DNA from: Haliotis rubra
Taxonomy: Eukaryota
Direction of reading: 5' to 3'
Assembly (NCBI RefSeq): GCF_003918875.1
Contig: NW_025766669.1
Coordinates: 3,472,001-3,536,000, forward strand
DNA: 64,000 bases
The notes below the pieces were generated by a model. That model was not told the origin of the DNA and did no database searches. It saw only the letters and a program-made list of their open reading frames with translations. Below are positions 1 through 14,913 of the stretch, piece by piece. Position 1 is the first letter of the stretch. Each line of letters opens with the position of its first letter. A program made the position numbers and the translations under genes.

Positions 1-1255
1 AGCTTGTGAGAAATGGCATTATGGTGGGTCGTATTTCTGGCAATCATGATAGAAAGAACTTGCTAGAATGTTCCTCAAAGTCGTGAAATGAGGACAACAA
101 CGGCTGAAGCTCTTGGAATGTTACACCCCAAAAAGGAAAGTTGCCAGCTGAACTTATCTCTCTTGTAGGATGGACCTGTCTACAGTTCTTGTCACACTTA
201 CTCCTTTTGCTCAGATTTAAATATGAATTCTCACTGGTAACTACATTTGCAAGCTGAGGTAGATAAATCAGTGTCAATAGGAATTGACAGTTTGACAATT
301 ATTGAAATCAAATCACATTATCGATATATACGCATGAAGCTTAAGTTAAACTTCTTGTCCAAATTTCCATGCGAAACAACGTACAAGTATTTGGTTTCTG
401 ACAAGAATATGTTGTATTACGATTGAACAGCGAAACATGAATGTTTCAAGTGACTGCTTTACGAATATGAAAATGTATGTACACACATTATTGACTTGTT
501 TGTACAATAAAAGTGAGTGTGAAGAGACTAAATTTACCTGTTATGTACTTCGACTGTAAAATAGATACCCATCTGGTCTCTTTTAATCCGGAATTGGAAA
601 GGTGTTGCTATTGTTTCAATGACAAAGTTTACACTGATCTTGATATTCACACCGTATACACTTTGATTACTGCTATACGAGAAACAGCTTTACTGACATT
701 TATTAACGTAGCCAAAAATGAATAATACAAGTTCCTTCACGTGCGGCGACATGTCTTGATATCTTAACTACTTTCTGCCTTTCGAAACGTCCCAGTTAAA
801 TGTTTCCTTCCAACTCAGAAATTAATGGAGTTTAATTCCTACTCTGAAATTAACAGTAAATTAACAATACTGTGACAACGTTTGCCTGGATTGATTGTGT
901 GACTCCTTGTATACGTGTCGAACACCGAATTTGGGGAAACACGTATCTGTATTCATGCTTGTAATCTGAGTGTACAGTAATGAGGGTGACTGTCTGGAGG
1001 TGTTATTTCAGCACTTATACATAAGCTGCCACTCATCTTGTGGATTTTCCGGATCACTGGCGACATATCACACATGGCTGAAACGGATATACATGTTGTT
1101 TATCCAAACGATCCGATAAGAAAACATTGTTATATTGATACTGCATTGCTAATCCTTTTATTTGTGTTTATAATCTTAGAACAGACAAGTACCACCACCT
1201 CCAGTAAGAGAAGTTGTTTGTTCCACAATAATGTCTGATTTATTACTTCACTGAT

Positions 1256-1500
1256 GACCCGTGAAGATCCGGGTTAGAATTGATCTTCAGTAACCCATGC
1301 TTGTCATAGGAGGCGACTAACGGGATCGAGTGGTCCTAATCGTTGACTTGGTCGACACATGTCGTTGTATCCCAATTGCGTAGATCAATGCTCATGCTGG
1401 TAATCACTTGATTGTCTGGTGCAGACTCGATTATTTACAGACCGCCGCCATATAGCTGGAATATTGCTGAGTGCGACGCAAAACTAAACCCACTCACTCA
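1256..1500 (+). mobile_element. SINE-like family A insertion in the A subunit
   Basis: Head GACCCGTGAAGATCC, tail GCTGGAATATTGCTGAGTGCG..(ACTC)n. Flanked by an ACTTCA(C/T)TGA duplication. The B subunit has the empty site (~5078). Confidence 0.9.
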
Positions 1501-2784
1501 CTTCATTGACAGTTTCTGAGTTAAAAACTACAAGGTGTAACCCAATGCTTAGAAAGCCCAGTTTGATGGCGTCAACATCAAAGAACCAACATTTCACTTG
1601 GATGTTCATATGACATCTAGCCAAATACCCCATAAGCATCCAAATGCACACATTGCATTGTCTCATTTTTAAAAGCATTTCTCGTCTTCCTGTTTTACCA
1701 ACTTCCAAAAGTCAAGCAATGACTTCAATAAACATGTCACATCTACCTACACATAATGATAATGTTCTTTTACATCACAAAAACCAACTCAAAACCCTCA
1801 AAGTAACCATGGTTTTGTTGGAAAAGATCTGTTCGTCTGTGTTCCATCCATCGCCGCCTTATCTTTATATTCAAGGAAAACAACCACATTCATTTGTATG
1901 AATCCAATCAGTCGTGTTTGCTTAGCCCCTCTGAAGCAGACAGATACAGAAATTAGGCGTATATTTCACAGAATTCCTCTAATTTGAAAGATACATGTAC
2001 TAATAATTAGTAAACGCATCTGCATATATTGAACCAGACACTGGAAATATATGCTGTTAAGACTGGGACAAAAGCATAAACTGGGAAAACAAGCAAAGAT
2101 CTCCCAAACAAATATATGTTTGGGAAAGAAAAAACTGGAAAAAAACTCACCCCTGACTATGTAATATTTCCTGAAATACTTTAGTGCTGTGGTAAACAAT
2201 ACAACAAACAGGTGATGATAACATCTGACAGGTAACATCAGACATTCATAAAACACTGTACATCAAATCAAAAACAAACACATGAGGCAGTCAAATTGCA
2301 AAACTTAATCATGTATGAGGGAGCAAAATTGCTAACACTTTCCATTCAAATAAACTGTTGGAGTTGAATTTGCAGTGATGTTATTTTAATACTGAAACTC
2401 ATTTCGTGTCTCTTCCATCTGTATTGTTTCACACAGTTACCAATTATCCAGAGAGACTAATCCCTACATTTGATTAATCCAATCCGACGTGTTTGCTTAA
2501 CCACTCAGAATTATACAACGAAGTAACACAAGAAAACATATTGGCAGTTGTGTTAGACTGGCCATGCGTTCAGAGAAACAAATACTCTAATTAGACAGCT
2601 ACTGATCATTGTCTGTCGATCACAAACGAGACAGCTCAAGACGGTCATCTCAGACTTTGACACTGATACTTCCCTAATTAGAGGTTAAGTCTTCTGATTG
2701 GTCGTGAATATCTTTATATTAAAATCTTCACAAGGTACTTACAGCAAACGTGTTGTAGATTTAGATCGATAAACAAGCTGAAAC

Positions 2785-3355
2785 ATGAAGGAAGGAAACA
2801 AAAATATGAAGAACCTGGATGAGAAATTTGTGTTCTGTGCAGTCATGGGAGATAGTATGGTAGGAAAGACCAGCATCTCCGAGACCTATTCTAAGGGATT
2901 CTTTAATGAGAATTCTGAAACCACAGTATTTGACAAATATGTCGTTCCACTGCAAGTCGCTGGAGAGGAGTTTATCATCAGTATGTTCGACACTGCAGGA
3001 AAGGTATGTTTACCGAGATGTTCACTTAAATTTGCGTTAACATTGAGAACAGATAGAGAACATTGAGAAGAGACACTCCAAACAAACCAAACAGAAGAGA
3101 CCGGTCATCCTCGTTGGCACCAAGATAGACCTCCGGGTCGGCAATCAAGACAGCGAGGTTAGCACTGACGAGGGTGTCCAACTGGCCAAGGACATTGGTG
3201 CTGACTGTTATGTGGAGTGCTCGGCCCGCGACCAGAAGGGTTTGAAGGAGGTATTTCAGCATGTTGTCTTCTCCGCTCTCAAATTCAGGAAAAAGAAAAC
3301 CAACATTTTCAAGAAGATGTTCAGACGCAGAAGTGCCTCTTTTGCCAATTATTAA
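2785..3355 (+). pseudogene. Atypical Rho-family GTPase, array copy 1 (A type), internally deleted
   Basis: Exon 1 is 2785-3003 with a GT donor at 3004. Intron sequence runs directly into mid exon 2 near 3062-3070 (..CATTGAGAAGAGACACTCC..), so the acceptor and the first ~40 codons of exon 2 are missing. The stop-equivalent TAA is at 3353-3355. Confidence 0.85.
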
Positions 3356-6300
3356 ATTCAACACACTGTTATTTGATGAAAGAAAGAAATACACTGCAAG
3401 TTATTTGAATGGGTGTATGAATGTTGGTGCTACGCCAATGAAACTGAATGTAACGTCGTTGGTTGATCTTCAAAAAGGTTTATCCCTGATTGCACACTTA
3501 GGTTGGATTGAGAAAATGGATGTCACCCAATTGAGCAAAGCAAGAGCAGACGAAAGACATTGGTGATGTGCTACTTTATTTATACGTGATATTATAACAA
3601 GGTCTTTAAGAAATGGAAGACTGATTAGTGCTCTTTACAACCATGTCCTATGTCTGTTACTAATGACAATATGAATTTCATATATTCTACTGTTTATTGT
3701 TATCTGTATATGCCTTCAATAAACTATCCATGTTATATATATTTGTTAGTGTCTTGTCTATATATCTCCTTAAATGGATACCTGTTTGGAAACGTTCAGC
3801 TCACAAGAAACACTATAAACCTTTTCCTAAAATCATACTAAGCATCAGATAGAATATGTCAACAACATGTATTTATTAAACACTATGAAATAGTGTTGAT
3901 ACCAAGTATTCACGAAAAGATCAGCGTATTTAGCTCTCACTAGTCCCAAACACAAACAAGTCGACTTTTTACCCCGAGATACTCTCAGATCAAGCAGCTT
4001 GTGAGAAATAGCATTATGATAGGTCGTCTTTCTTGCAATCATGATAGAAAGAACATGCCGGAATGTTCCTCAAAGTCGTAAACTGAGGACAACAACGGCT
4101 GAAGCTCTTGGAATGTTACACACACACACACACACACACAAAGTTGACAATTGAAGTCATCCCTTTGTCATAAGGTCTCTTTCACAGTTCTTGTCACACT
4201 TAATCTTTATGCTCAGATGTAGATATGAATTACATGAGGTGGTTTCACTGGTCTCTACTTTTACAAACTCATTTAGGTAAATCGGCGGAGAGGAACTGGT
4301 TTAACAACTATTGAAATCATATAAGATTATCGCTACACATGAAGCTGACGTTACACTTCTCGTCCAAATCGCCATGCGAGAGCAACGCATTTGGTTTCTG
4401 CAAGAATATGCTGCATAAGGACTGAAGAGTAGAACAAGACTATCCCACGTGACGAATTGATGAATATGAAAATGTATGTGTACAAATTATAGACATTTGT
4501 TTGTATAATAAAAGTGAATGTGAAGGATTTAGATTCGTGTCCAAATAACATGTTACTAGTATCTATTTGGGCTATAGCATATACACACATGTGATCTTTT
4601 TTATTCCGGAATTGGAAAGGTTGTGGTATGTTTTTAATGACAAAGCTTACAGTGATCTCGATATTCACTCCATACATACATGCACTTTGATTAATCCTAT
4701 ACGATAAGCAGCTTTACTGACGTTTATTTACGTAGCTCAAAATTTATAATACGAGCTCCTTCGCGTGTGGTGACACCTCTTTATATCTTAGCCATTTTCT
4801 GCCTAGCTCAGAAAACGTATATCTGTATTCATGCTATAACCTGAGTGTACAGTAATGAGCGTGCCTGTCTGGAGGTGTTATTTCAGCACTTATACATAGG
4901 ATGTCATTGATTTTCTGTTTTTTCTGGATCACTGACGACATGTCACAAATGGCCAACGATCAGAAAAGAAACAATATCATATTGATGCAGTATTGCTGAT
5001 CATTGTATTCTTGAAAAGATACGTACCACCACCTCCAGCCAGAGACGTTGTTCACTCCACAAACATATCCGATTTATTACTTCATTGAGGTTTTCTGAGT
5101 TAAATACTACAAGGTGTAACCCAATGCTTAGAAAGCCTAGTTTGAACATGTCCACATCAAAGAACCAGCATTCCCCTCGATGTCCATATGACGTCTTGCT
5201 GAACACTTCAGAAGCATCCAAATGCACATATTAATTTGCACGTTCATTGTCGCATTTTCAAAAGCATTTCACGTCTACTTGTGTTGCCAAAAATCAAAAG
5301 ACAAGCAATGAACACGTCACGTCTACCTACACATAAAAACGGTGCTGATAATGTTCTTTTACATCGCAAGAAAAACAGCTGATGAACTTCTAAGGAACCG
5401 AGGTTATTGGACAGGATCTGTTTGTCTGGCTTCCGTCCACCGCCACCTTATCCCTTTATTCAAGGAAAACAACCCATTCATTTGTGTGTATCCAATCAGG
5501 TGTGTTTGCTCAGCAACTCTGAACCAGACAAGTACATGATCTTCAACCTTATATTAGACGTTTGTTTTCACAAGACTTACTCTAATTAGACAGATGCTAA
5601 TACTTAGCAAACACATATGACTGTTGGACCAGACATTAGGGATAGATGCTGTAAAGACATAGACAAATACATGAAAGAGAAAAACAACAACAACATCCTA
5701 TTCAAAAATTCTCCTCCGAGATAATGTAACGTTTCCGAAAATAGTGTTTGGCATTCAATTCGATAACTTGCAAACAACTTGATAACATCTGAGGTCATAT
5801 CATGACCAATGAAGGTATGAGTGTAAAGGACACCTTGCATATTGGCAGGAACTGGCATTGTGCATACATGCACATATTTTACCCAAAAAAATCACCTGAA
5901 CACTTTTTAAAAATCGTTCACCTTCAGGGAGATAATATATAATTTATTACAATTTTCTTAGTCGTTTTTTTCAAAACATCGTACATCTATACTAAAAATA
6001 ATACAGGAATCATTGCTAGAGGCTGACGAAAGAAATTTGTGCAGAGCGAAAATCGGTAAGTGTGAGCATTCATTCAAGTTGATATCTACATGTAACTGTC
6101 TGTGAAATAGTCTAGTAGGATAAAAAAACAACGACTCCGCTTTCCACTCAAATAAACCACAGCACAGGGGTTAAAGTGATGTAATTTTAACAATGAAACT
6201 CATTTCGTGTCTCTTCCATCTGTATTGTTTCACCCAGTCTCAATTATCCAGAAACACTAATCCCTACATTTGATTTATCCAATCCGACCTATTTGCTTAA

Positions 6301-6602
6301 CCACTCAAGATTAGACAACGAGGAACACAAGAAAACATACTGGCAGTGGTGCTATATGTGACTGGTCAAGCGTTGAGATCCAAACAAATACTCTAATTAG
6401 ACCACTACTGATCATTGTCTGTCGGTCACAAACGAGACAGCTCAGGACGGTCATCTCAGACTTTGACACCAGTGAGAGCATGTGATACTTCCCTAATTAG
6501 AGGTTAGTCTTCTGATTGGTCGGGAATATCTTTATATTAAAATGTCCACAATGTACTAACAGCAAACGTGTTGTAGATTTGGAACGATAAACAAGCTTAA
6601 AC

Positions 6603-7430
6603 ATGGAAGGAGATAACAAAAATATGAAGAACCTGGATGAGAAATTTGTGTTCTGTGCAGTCATGGGAGATAGTATGGTAGGAAAGACCAGCATCTCCGA
6701 GACCTATTCTAAGGGATTCTTTAATGAGAATTCTGAAACCACGGTGTTTGACAACTATGTCGTTCCACTGCAAGTCGCTGGAGAGGAGTTTGTCATCAGT
6801 ATGTTCGACACTGCAGGAAAGGTATGTTTACTCAGATGGTCGCTTAAATTTCGAGTTAACAATGAGAACAGAACCAGTTACTATGTAAAAGGAATATTGG
6901 ATTAAATATTTCACATTCTGAATTTACAGGAATGGTTCCTATCAATATATTTCAAGGCATCTACGTTTTTCTTCTTTCAATATGTACACATTGTACTGAT
7001 CGTCCCTTCTAATTGTTTTCAGAAACGTTTTTAAAGTCTGAGAATGTTCTCCTACCAGGAATGTGAAGTCCTGCTTCTGTGTTTCTCCACCTGTGACCGG
7101 AAGACATTTCACACTGTCAGTGACCTGTGGATGCCAGAACTGAAGAGACACTCCAAACAAACCAAACAGAAGAGACCGATCATCCTTGTTGGCACCAAGA
7201 TAGACCTCCGGGTCGGCAATCAAGACAGCGAGGTCAGCACGGACGAGGGTGTCCAAATGGCCAAGGACATTGGTGCTGACTGTTATGTGGAGTGCTCGGC
7301 CCGCGACCACAAGGGTTTGAAGGAGGTATTTCAGCATGTTGTCTTCTCCGCTCTCAAATTCAGGAAAAAGAAAACCAACATTTTCAAGAAGATGTTCAGA
7401 CGCAGAAGTGCCTCTTTTGCCAATTATTAA
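6603..7430 (+). pseudogene. Atypical Rho-family GTPase, array copy 2 (B type), premature stop
   Basis: Exons are 6603-6821 and 7023-7430. Exon 2 reads AAA CGT TTT TAA (7032-7034) where intact copies read AAA CGT TTT GAG. Confidence 0.85.
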
Positions 7431-9307
7431 ATTCAACACACTGTTATTTGATGAAAGAAAGAAATACACTGCAAGTTATCTGAATGGGTGTATGAATGAT
7501 GGTGCTACGCCAATCAAACTGAATGTAACATCGTTGGTTGATCTTTAAAAAGGTTTATCCCTGATTGCACACTTAGGTTGGATTGAGAAAATGGATGTCA
7601 CCCAATTGAGCAAAGCAGGTGCAGACGAAAGACATTGATGATGTGCTACTTTATTTCTACATGATATTATAACAAGGTCTTTAAGAAATGGAAGACTGAT
7701 TAGTGCTATTTACAACCATGTCCTATGTCTGTTACTATGACAATATGAATTTCATATATTCTACTGTTTATTGTTATCTGTATATGCCTTCAATAAACTA
7801 TCCATGCTATATATATTTGTTAGTGTCTTGTCTATATATCTCTTAAATGGATACCTTTTGGACACGTTCAGCACAAGAAACACTATAAACCTTTTCCTAA
7901 AATCATACGAAGCATCAGATAAAAAAACAGGATCCGTTGTACAATATGTCAACAACATGTATTTATTAAACACTATGAAATAGTGTTGATGCCAGGTATT
8001 CACGAAAAGATCAGTATATTTTGCTCTGACCAGTACCAAACACAAAAAGTCGACTTTTTACCTCGAGAAACTCTCAGATCAAGCAGCTAGTGAGAAATGG
8101 CATTATGATGGGTCGTATTTCTGGCAATCATGATAGAAAGAACTTGCTCGAATGTTCCTCAAAGTCGTGAAATGAGGACAACAACGACTGAAGCTTTTGG
8201 AATGTTACACACAAAAACGAAAGTTGACATCTGAACTTATCTCTCTTGTAGGATGGACCTGTCTACAGTTCTTGTCACACCTACTTGTTTTGCTCAGATT
8301 TAAATATGAATTCTCATTGGTCACTACATTTTCAAGCTGAGGTAGATAAATCAGTGTCAATAGGAATTGACAGTTTGACAATTATTGAAATCAAATCACA
8401 TTATCGATATATACGCATGAAGCTTAAGTTAAACTTCTTGTCCAAATTTCCATGCGAAACAACGTACAAGTATTTGGTTTCTGACAAGAATATGTTGTAT
8501 TAGGATTGAACAGCGAAACATGAATGTTTCAAGTGACTGCTTTACGAATATGAAAATGTATGTACACACATATTGACTTGTTTGTACAATAAAAGTGAGT
8601 GTGAAGAGACTAAATTTACCTGTTATGTACTTCGACTGTAAAATAGATACCCATGTGGTCTCTTTTAATCCGGAATTGGAAAGGTGTTGCTATTGTTTCA
8701 ATGACAAAGTTTACACTGATCTTGATATTCACACCGTATACACTTTGATTAATGCTATACGAGAAACAGCTTTACTGACATTTATTAACGTAGCCAAAAA
8801 TGAATAATACAAGTTCCTTCACGTGCGGCGACATGTCTTGATATCTTAACTACTTTCTGCCTTTCGAAACGTCCCAGTTAAATGTTTCCTTCCAACTCAG
8901 AAATTAATGGAGTTTAATTCCTACTCTGAAATTAACAGTAAATTAACAATACTGTGACAACGTTTGCCTGGATTGATTGTGTGACTCCTTGTATACGTGT
9001 CGAACACCGAATTTGGGGAAACACGTATCTGTATTCATGCTGTAATCTGAGTGTACAGTAATGAGGGTGCCTGTCTGGAGGTGTTATTTCAGCACTGATA
9101 CATAAGCTGCCAGTCATCTTGTGGATTTTCCGGATCACTGGCGACATATCACACATGGCTGAAACGGATATACATGTTGTTTATCCAAACGATCCGATAA
9201 GAAACATTGTTATATTGATACTGCATTGCTAATCCTTTTATTTGTGTTTATAATCTTAGAACAGACAAGTACCACCACCTCCAGTAAGAGAAGTTGTTTG
9301 TCATTGA

Positions 9308-9553
9308 TGACCCGTGAAGATCCGGGTTAGAATTGATCTTCAGTAACCCATGCTTGTCATAGGAGGCGACTAACGGGATCGAGTGGTCCTAATCGTTGAC
9401 TTGGTCGACACATGTCGTTGTATCCCAATTGCGTAGATCAATGCTCATGCTGGTGATCACTGGATTGTCTGGTGCAGACTCGATTATTTACAGACCGCCG
9501 CCATATAGCTGGAATATTGCTGAGTGCGACGCAAAACTAAACCCACTCACTCA
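9308..9553 (+). mobile_element. SINE-like family A (array-duplicated copy)
   Basis: Same element and site as 1256-1500, with a ~30-nt deletion in the 5' flank. Confidence 0.9.
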
Positions 9554-10847
9554 CTTCATTGACAGTTTCTGAGTTAAAAAACTACAAGGTGTAACCCAAT
9601 GCTTAGAAAGCCCAGTTTGATGGCGTCAACATCAAAGAACCAACATTTCACTTGGATGTTCATATGACATCTAGCCAAATACCCCATAAGCATCCAAATG
9701 CACACATTGCATTGTCTCATTTTTAAAAGCATTTCTCGTCTTCCTGTTTTACCAACTTCCAAAAGTCAAGCAATGACTTCAATAAACATGTCACATCTAC
9801 CTACACATAATGATAATGTTCTTTTACATCACAAAAACCAACTCAAAACCCTCAAAGTAACCATGGTTTTGTTGGAAAAGATCTGTTCGTCTGTGTTCCA
9901 TCCATCGCCGCCTTATCTTTATATTCAAGGAAAACAACCACATTCATTTGTATGAATCCAATCAGTCGTGTTTGCTTAGCCCCCTCTGAAGCAGACAGAT
10001 ACAGAAATTAGGCGTATATTTCACAGAATTCCTCTAATTTGAAAGATACATGTACTTATAATTAGTAAACGCATCTGCATATATTGAACCAGACACTGGA
10101 AATATATGCTGTTAAGACTGGGACAAAAGCATAAATTAAACGAAAAACAAGCAAAGATCTCCCAAGCAAATATGTGTTTGGGAAAGAAAAAACTGGAAAA
10201 AAACTCACCCCTGACTATGTAATATTTCCTGAAATACTTTAGTGCTGTGGTAAACAATACAACAAACAGGTGATGGTAACATCTGACAGGTAACGTCAGA
10301 CATTCATAAAACACCGTACATCAAATCAAAAACAAACACATGAGGCAGTCAAATTGCAAAACTTAATAATGTATGAGGGAGCAAAATTGCTAACACTTTC
10401 CATTCAAAAAAACTGTTGGAGTTGAATTTGCAGTGATGTTATTTTAATACTGAAACTCATTTCGTGTCTCTTCCATCTGTATTATCACACAGTTACCAAT
10501 TATCCAGAGAGACTAATCCCTACATTTGATTAATCCAATCCGACGTATGTTTGCTTAACCACTCAGAATTATACAACGAAGTAACACAAGAAAACATATT
10601 GGCAGTAGTGTTATGTGTGACTGGTCAAGCGTTCAGAGAAACAAATACTCTAATTAGACAGCTACTGATCATTGTCTGTCGATCACAAACGAGACAGCTC
10701 AAGACGGTCATCTCAGACTTTGACACTGATACTTCCCTAATTAGAGGTTAAGTCTTCTGATTGGTCGGGAATATCTTTATATTAAAATCTTCACAAGGTA
10801 CTTACAGCAAACGTGTTGTAGATTTAGATCGATAAACAAGCTTAAAC

Positions 10848-11627
10848 ATGAAGGAAGGAAACAAAAATATGAAGAACCTGGATGAGAAATTTGTGTTCTG
10901 TGCAGTCATGGGAGATAGTATGGTAGGAAAGACCAGCATCTCCGAGACCTATTCTAAGGATTCTTAATGGATTCTTTTTGAATGAGAATTCGCTGGAAAC
11001 CACAGTATTTCGACAAATATGTCGTTCCACTTTGCAAGTCGCCATTTACTATGTAAAGGAATATAGGATTAAATATTTCTATGTAAAAGGAATATAGGAT
11101 TAAATATTTCACATTCTGAATTTACAGGAATGGTTCCTATCAATATATTTCAAGACATCTATGATTTTGTTTTTCAATATGTACACATTGTACTGACCGT
11201 CCCTTCTAATTGTTTTCAGAAACGTTTTGAGAGTCTGAGAATGTTCTCCTACCAGGAATGTGAAGTCCTGCTTCTGTGTTTCTCCACCTGTGACCGGAAG
11301 ACATTTCACACTGTCAGTGACCTGTGGATGCTGTGAACTGAAGAGACACTCCAAACAAACCAAACAGAAGAGACCGATCATCCTTGTTGGCACCAAGATA
11401 GACCTCCGAGTAGGGAATGAAGACAGCGTGGTCAGCTCTGACGAGGGTGTCCAACTGGCCAAGGACATTGGTGCTGACTGTTATGTGGAGTGCTCGGCCC
11501 GCGACCACAAGGGTTTGAAGGAGGTCTTTCAGCATGTTGTCTTCTCGCTCTCAAATTCAGGAAAAAGAAAACCAACATTTTCAAGAAGATGTTCAGACGC
11601 AGAAGTGCCTCTTTTGCCAATTATTAA
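10848..11627 (+). pseudogene. Atypical Rho-family GTPase, array copy 3 (A type), scrambled and frameshifted
   Basis: ATG at 10848. There are several small indels at 10955-11040, loss of the exon 1 3' end and donor, a local duplication at ~11048-11110, and indels in exon 2 (starts 11220) near 11331 and 11546. Part of this may be consensus error. Confidence 0.8.
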
Positions 11628-12405
11628 ATTCAACACACTGTTTTTTGATGAAAGAAGGAAATACACTGCAAGTTATCTGAATGGGTGTATGAATGATGGT
11701 GCTACGCCAATGAAACTGAATGTAACATCGTTGGTTGATCTTCAAAAAGGTTTATCCCTGATTGCACACTTAGGGTGGATTGAGAAAATGGATGTCACCC
11801 AATTGAGCAAAGCAAGAGCAGACGAAAGACATTGGTGATGTGCTACTTTATTTATACGTGATATTATAACAAGGTCTTTAAGAAATGGAAGACTGATTAG
11901 TGCTATTTACAACCATGTCCTGTGTCTGTTACTAATGACAATATGAATTTCATATATTCTACTGTTTATTGTTATCTGTATATGCCTTCAATAAACTATC
12001 CATGCTATATATATTTGTTAGTGTCTTGTCTATATATCTCCTTAAATGGATACCTGTTTGGACACGTTCAGCTCACAAGAAACACTAGAAACCTTTTCCT
12101 AAAATCATACGAAGCATCAGATAGAATATGTCAACAACATGTATTTATTAAACACTATGAAATAGTGTTGATACCAAGTATTCACGAAAAGATCAGTATA
12201 TTTAGCTCTCACTAGTCCCAAACACAAACAAGTCGACTTTTTACCCCGAGATACTCTCAGATCAAGCAGCTTGTGAGAAATAGCATTATGATAGGTCGTC
12301 TTTCTTGCAATCATGATAGAAAGAACATGCTGGAATGTTCCTCAAAGTCGTAAACTGAGGACAACAACGGCTGAAGCTCTTGGAAAGTTACACACACACA
12401 CACAC

Positions 12406-12455
<50 letters not shown>

Positions 12456-14913
12456 GTTGACAATTGAAGTCATCCCTTTGTCATAAGGTCTCTTTCACAG
12501 TTCTTGTCACACTTAATCTTTATGCTCAGATGTAGATATGAATTACATGAGGTGGTTTCACTGGTCTCTACTTTTACAAACTCATTTAGGTAAATCGGCG
12601 GAGAGGAACTGGTTTAACAACTATTGAAATCATATAAGATTATCGCTACACATGAAGCTGACGTTACACTTCTCGTCCAAATCGCCATGCGAGAGCAACG
12701 CATTTGGTTTCTGCAAGAATATGCTGCATAAGGACTGAAGAGTAGAACAAGACTATCCCACGTGACTAATTGACGAATATGAAAATGTATGTGTACAAAT
12801 TATAGACATTTGTTTGTATAATAAAAGTGAATGTGAAGAATTTAGATTCGTGTCCAAATAACATGTTACTAGTATCTATTTGGGCTATAGCATATACACA
12901 CATGTGATCTTTTTTACTCCGGAATTGGAAAGGTTGTGGTATGTTTTTAATGACAAAGCTTACAGTGATCTCGATATTCACTCCATACATACATGTACTT
13001 TGATTAATCCTATACGATAAACAGCTTTACTGACGTTTATTTACGTAGCTCAAAATTAATAATACGAGCTCCTTCGCGTGCAGTGATACCTCTTTATATC
13101 TTAGCCATTTTCTGCCTAGCTCAGAAAACGTATATCTGTATTCATGCTATAACCTGAGTGTACAGTAATGAGCGTGCCTGTCTGGAGGTGTTATTTCAGC
13201 ACTTATACATAGGATGTCATTGATTTATTGGTTTTTCGGGATCACTGACGACATGTCACAAATGGCCAACGATCAGAAAAGAAACAATATCATATTGATG
13301 CAGTATTGCTGATCATTGTATTCTTGAAAAGATACGTACCACCACCTCCAGCCAGAGACGTTGTTCACTCCACAAACATATCCGATTTATTACTTCATTG
13401 AGGTTTTCTGAGTTAAATACTACAAGGTGTAACCCAATGCTTAGAAAGCCTAGTTTGAATATGTCCACATCAAAGAACCAGCATTCCCCTCGATGTTCAT
13501 ATGACGTCTTGCTGAACACTTCAGAAGCATCCAAATGCACATATTAATTTGCACTTTCATTGTCGCATTTTCAAAAGCATTTCACGTCTACTTGTGTTGC
13601 CAAAAATCAAAAGACAAGCAATGAACACGTCACGTCTACCTACACATAAAAACGGTGCTGATAATGTTCTTTTACATCGCAAGAAAAACAGCTGATGAAC
13701 TTCTAAGGAACCGAGGTTATTGGACAGGATCTGTTTGTCTGGCTTCCGTCCACCGCCACCTTATCCCTTTATTCAAGGAAAACAACCCATTCATGTGTGT
13801 GTATCCAATCAGGTGTGTTTGCTCAGCAACTCTGAACCAGACAAGTACATGATCTTCAACCTTATATTAGGCGTTTGTTTTCACAAGACTTACTCTAATT
13901 AGACAGATGCTAATAATTAGCAAACACATATGGCTGTTGGACCAGACATTAGGGATAGATGCTGTAAAGACATAGACAAATACATGAAAGAGAAAACAAC
14001 AACAACATCCTATTCAAAAATTCTCCTCCGAGATAATGTAATGTTTCCGAAAATAGTGTTTGGCATTCAGTTCGATAACTTGCAAACAACTTGATAACAT
14101 CTGAGGTCATATCATGACCAATGAAGGTATGAGTGTAAAGGACACCTTGCATATTGGCGGGAACTGGCATTGTGCATACATGCACATATTTTACAAAAAA
14201 AATCACCTGAACACTTTTATAAAATTGTTCACCTTCAGGGAGATAATATATAATTTATTACAATTTTCTTAATCGTTTTTTTCAAAACATCGTACATCTA
14301 TACTACAAATAATACAGGAATCATTGCTAGAGGCTGACGAAAGAAATTCTTGCAGAGTGAAAATCGGTAAGTGTGAGCATTCATTCAAGTTGATATCTAC
14401 ATGTAACTGTCTGTGAAATAGTCTAGTAGGATAAAAAACAACGTCTCCGCTTTCCACTCAAATAAACCACAGCACAGGGGTTAAAGTGATGTAATTTTAA
14501 CAATGAAACTCATTTCGTGTCTCTTCCATCTGTATTGTTTCACACAGTCTCAATTATCCAGAAACACTAATCCCTTCATTTGATTAATCCAATCCGACGT
14601 ATTTGCTTAACCACTCAGAATTAGACAACGAGGAACACAAGAAAACATACTGGCAGTGGTGCTATATGTGACTGGTCAAGCGTTGAGATCCAAACAAATA
14701 CTCTAATTAGACAGCTACTGATCATTGTCTGTCGGTCACAAACGAGACAGCTCAAGACGATCATCTCAGACTTTGACACCAGTGAGAGCATGTGATACTT
14801 CCCTAATTAGAGGTTAAGTCTTCTGATTGGTCGTGAATATCTTTATATTAAAATGTCCACAATGTACTAACAGCAAACGTGTTGCAGATTTGGAACGATA
14901 AACAAGCTTAAAC

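Noticed and set aside
1251-1270. CTGATGA hammerhead-like core at the SINE 5' junction
   Set aside because: It is formed by the flank/TSD plus the element start. There is no matching GAAA, stem II or stem III, and it is absent from other copies.
513-2256. Short ORFs repeated in every array spacer
   Set aside because: Their conservation reflects recent duplication. They are not maintained between A and B subunits, and many use non-ATG starts.
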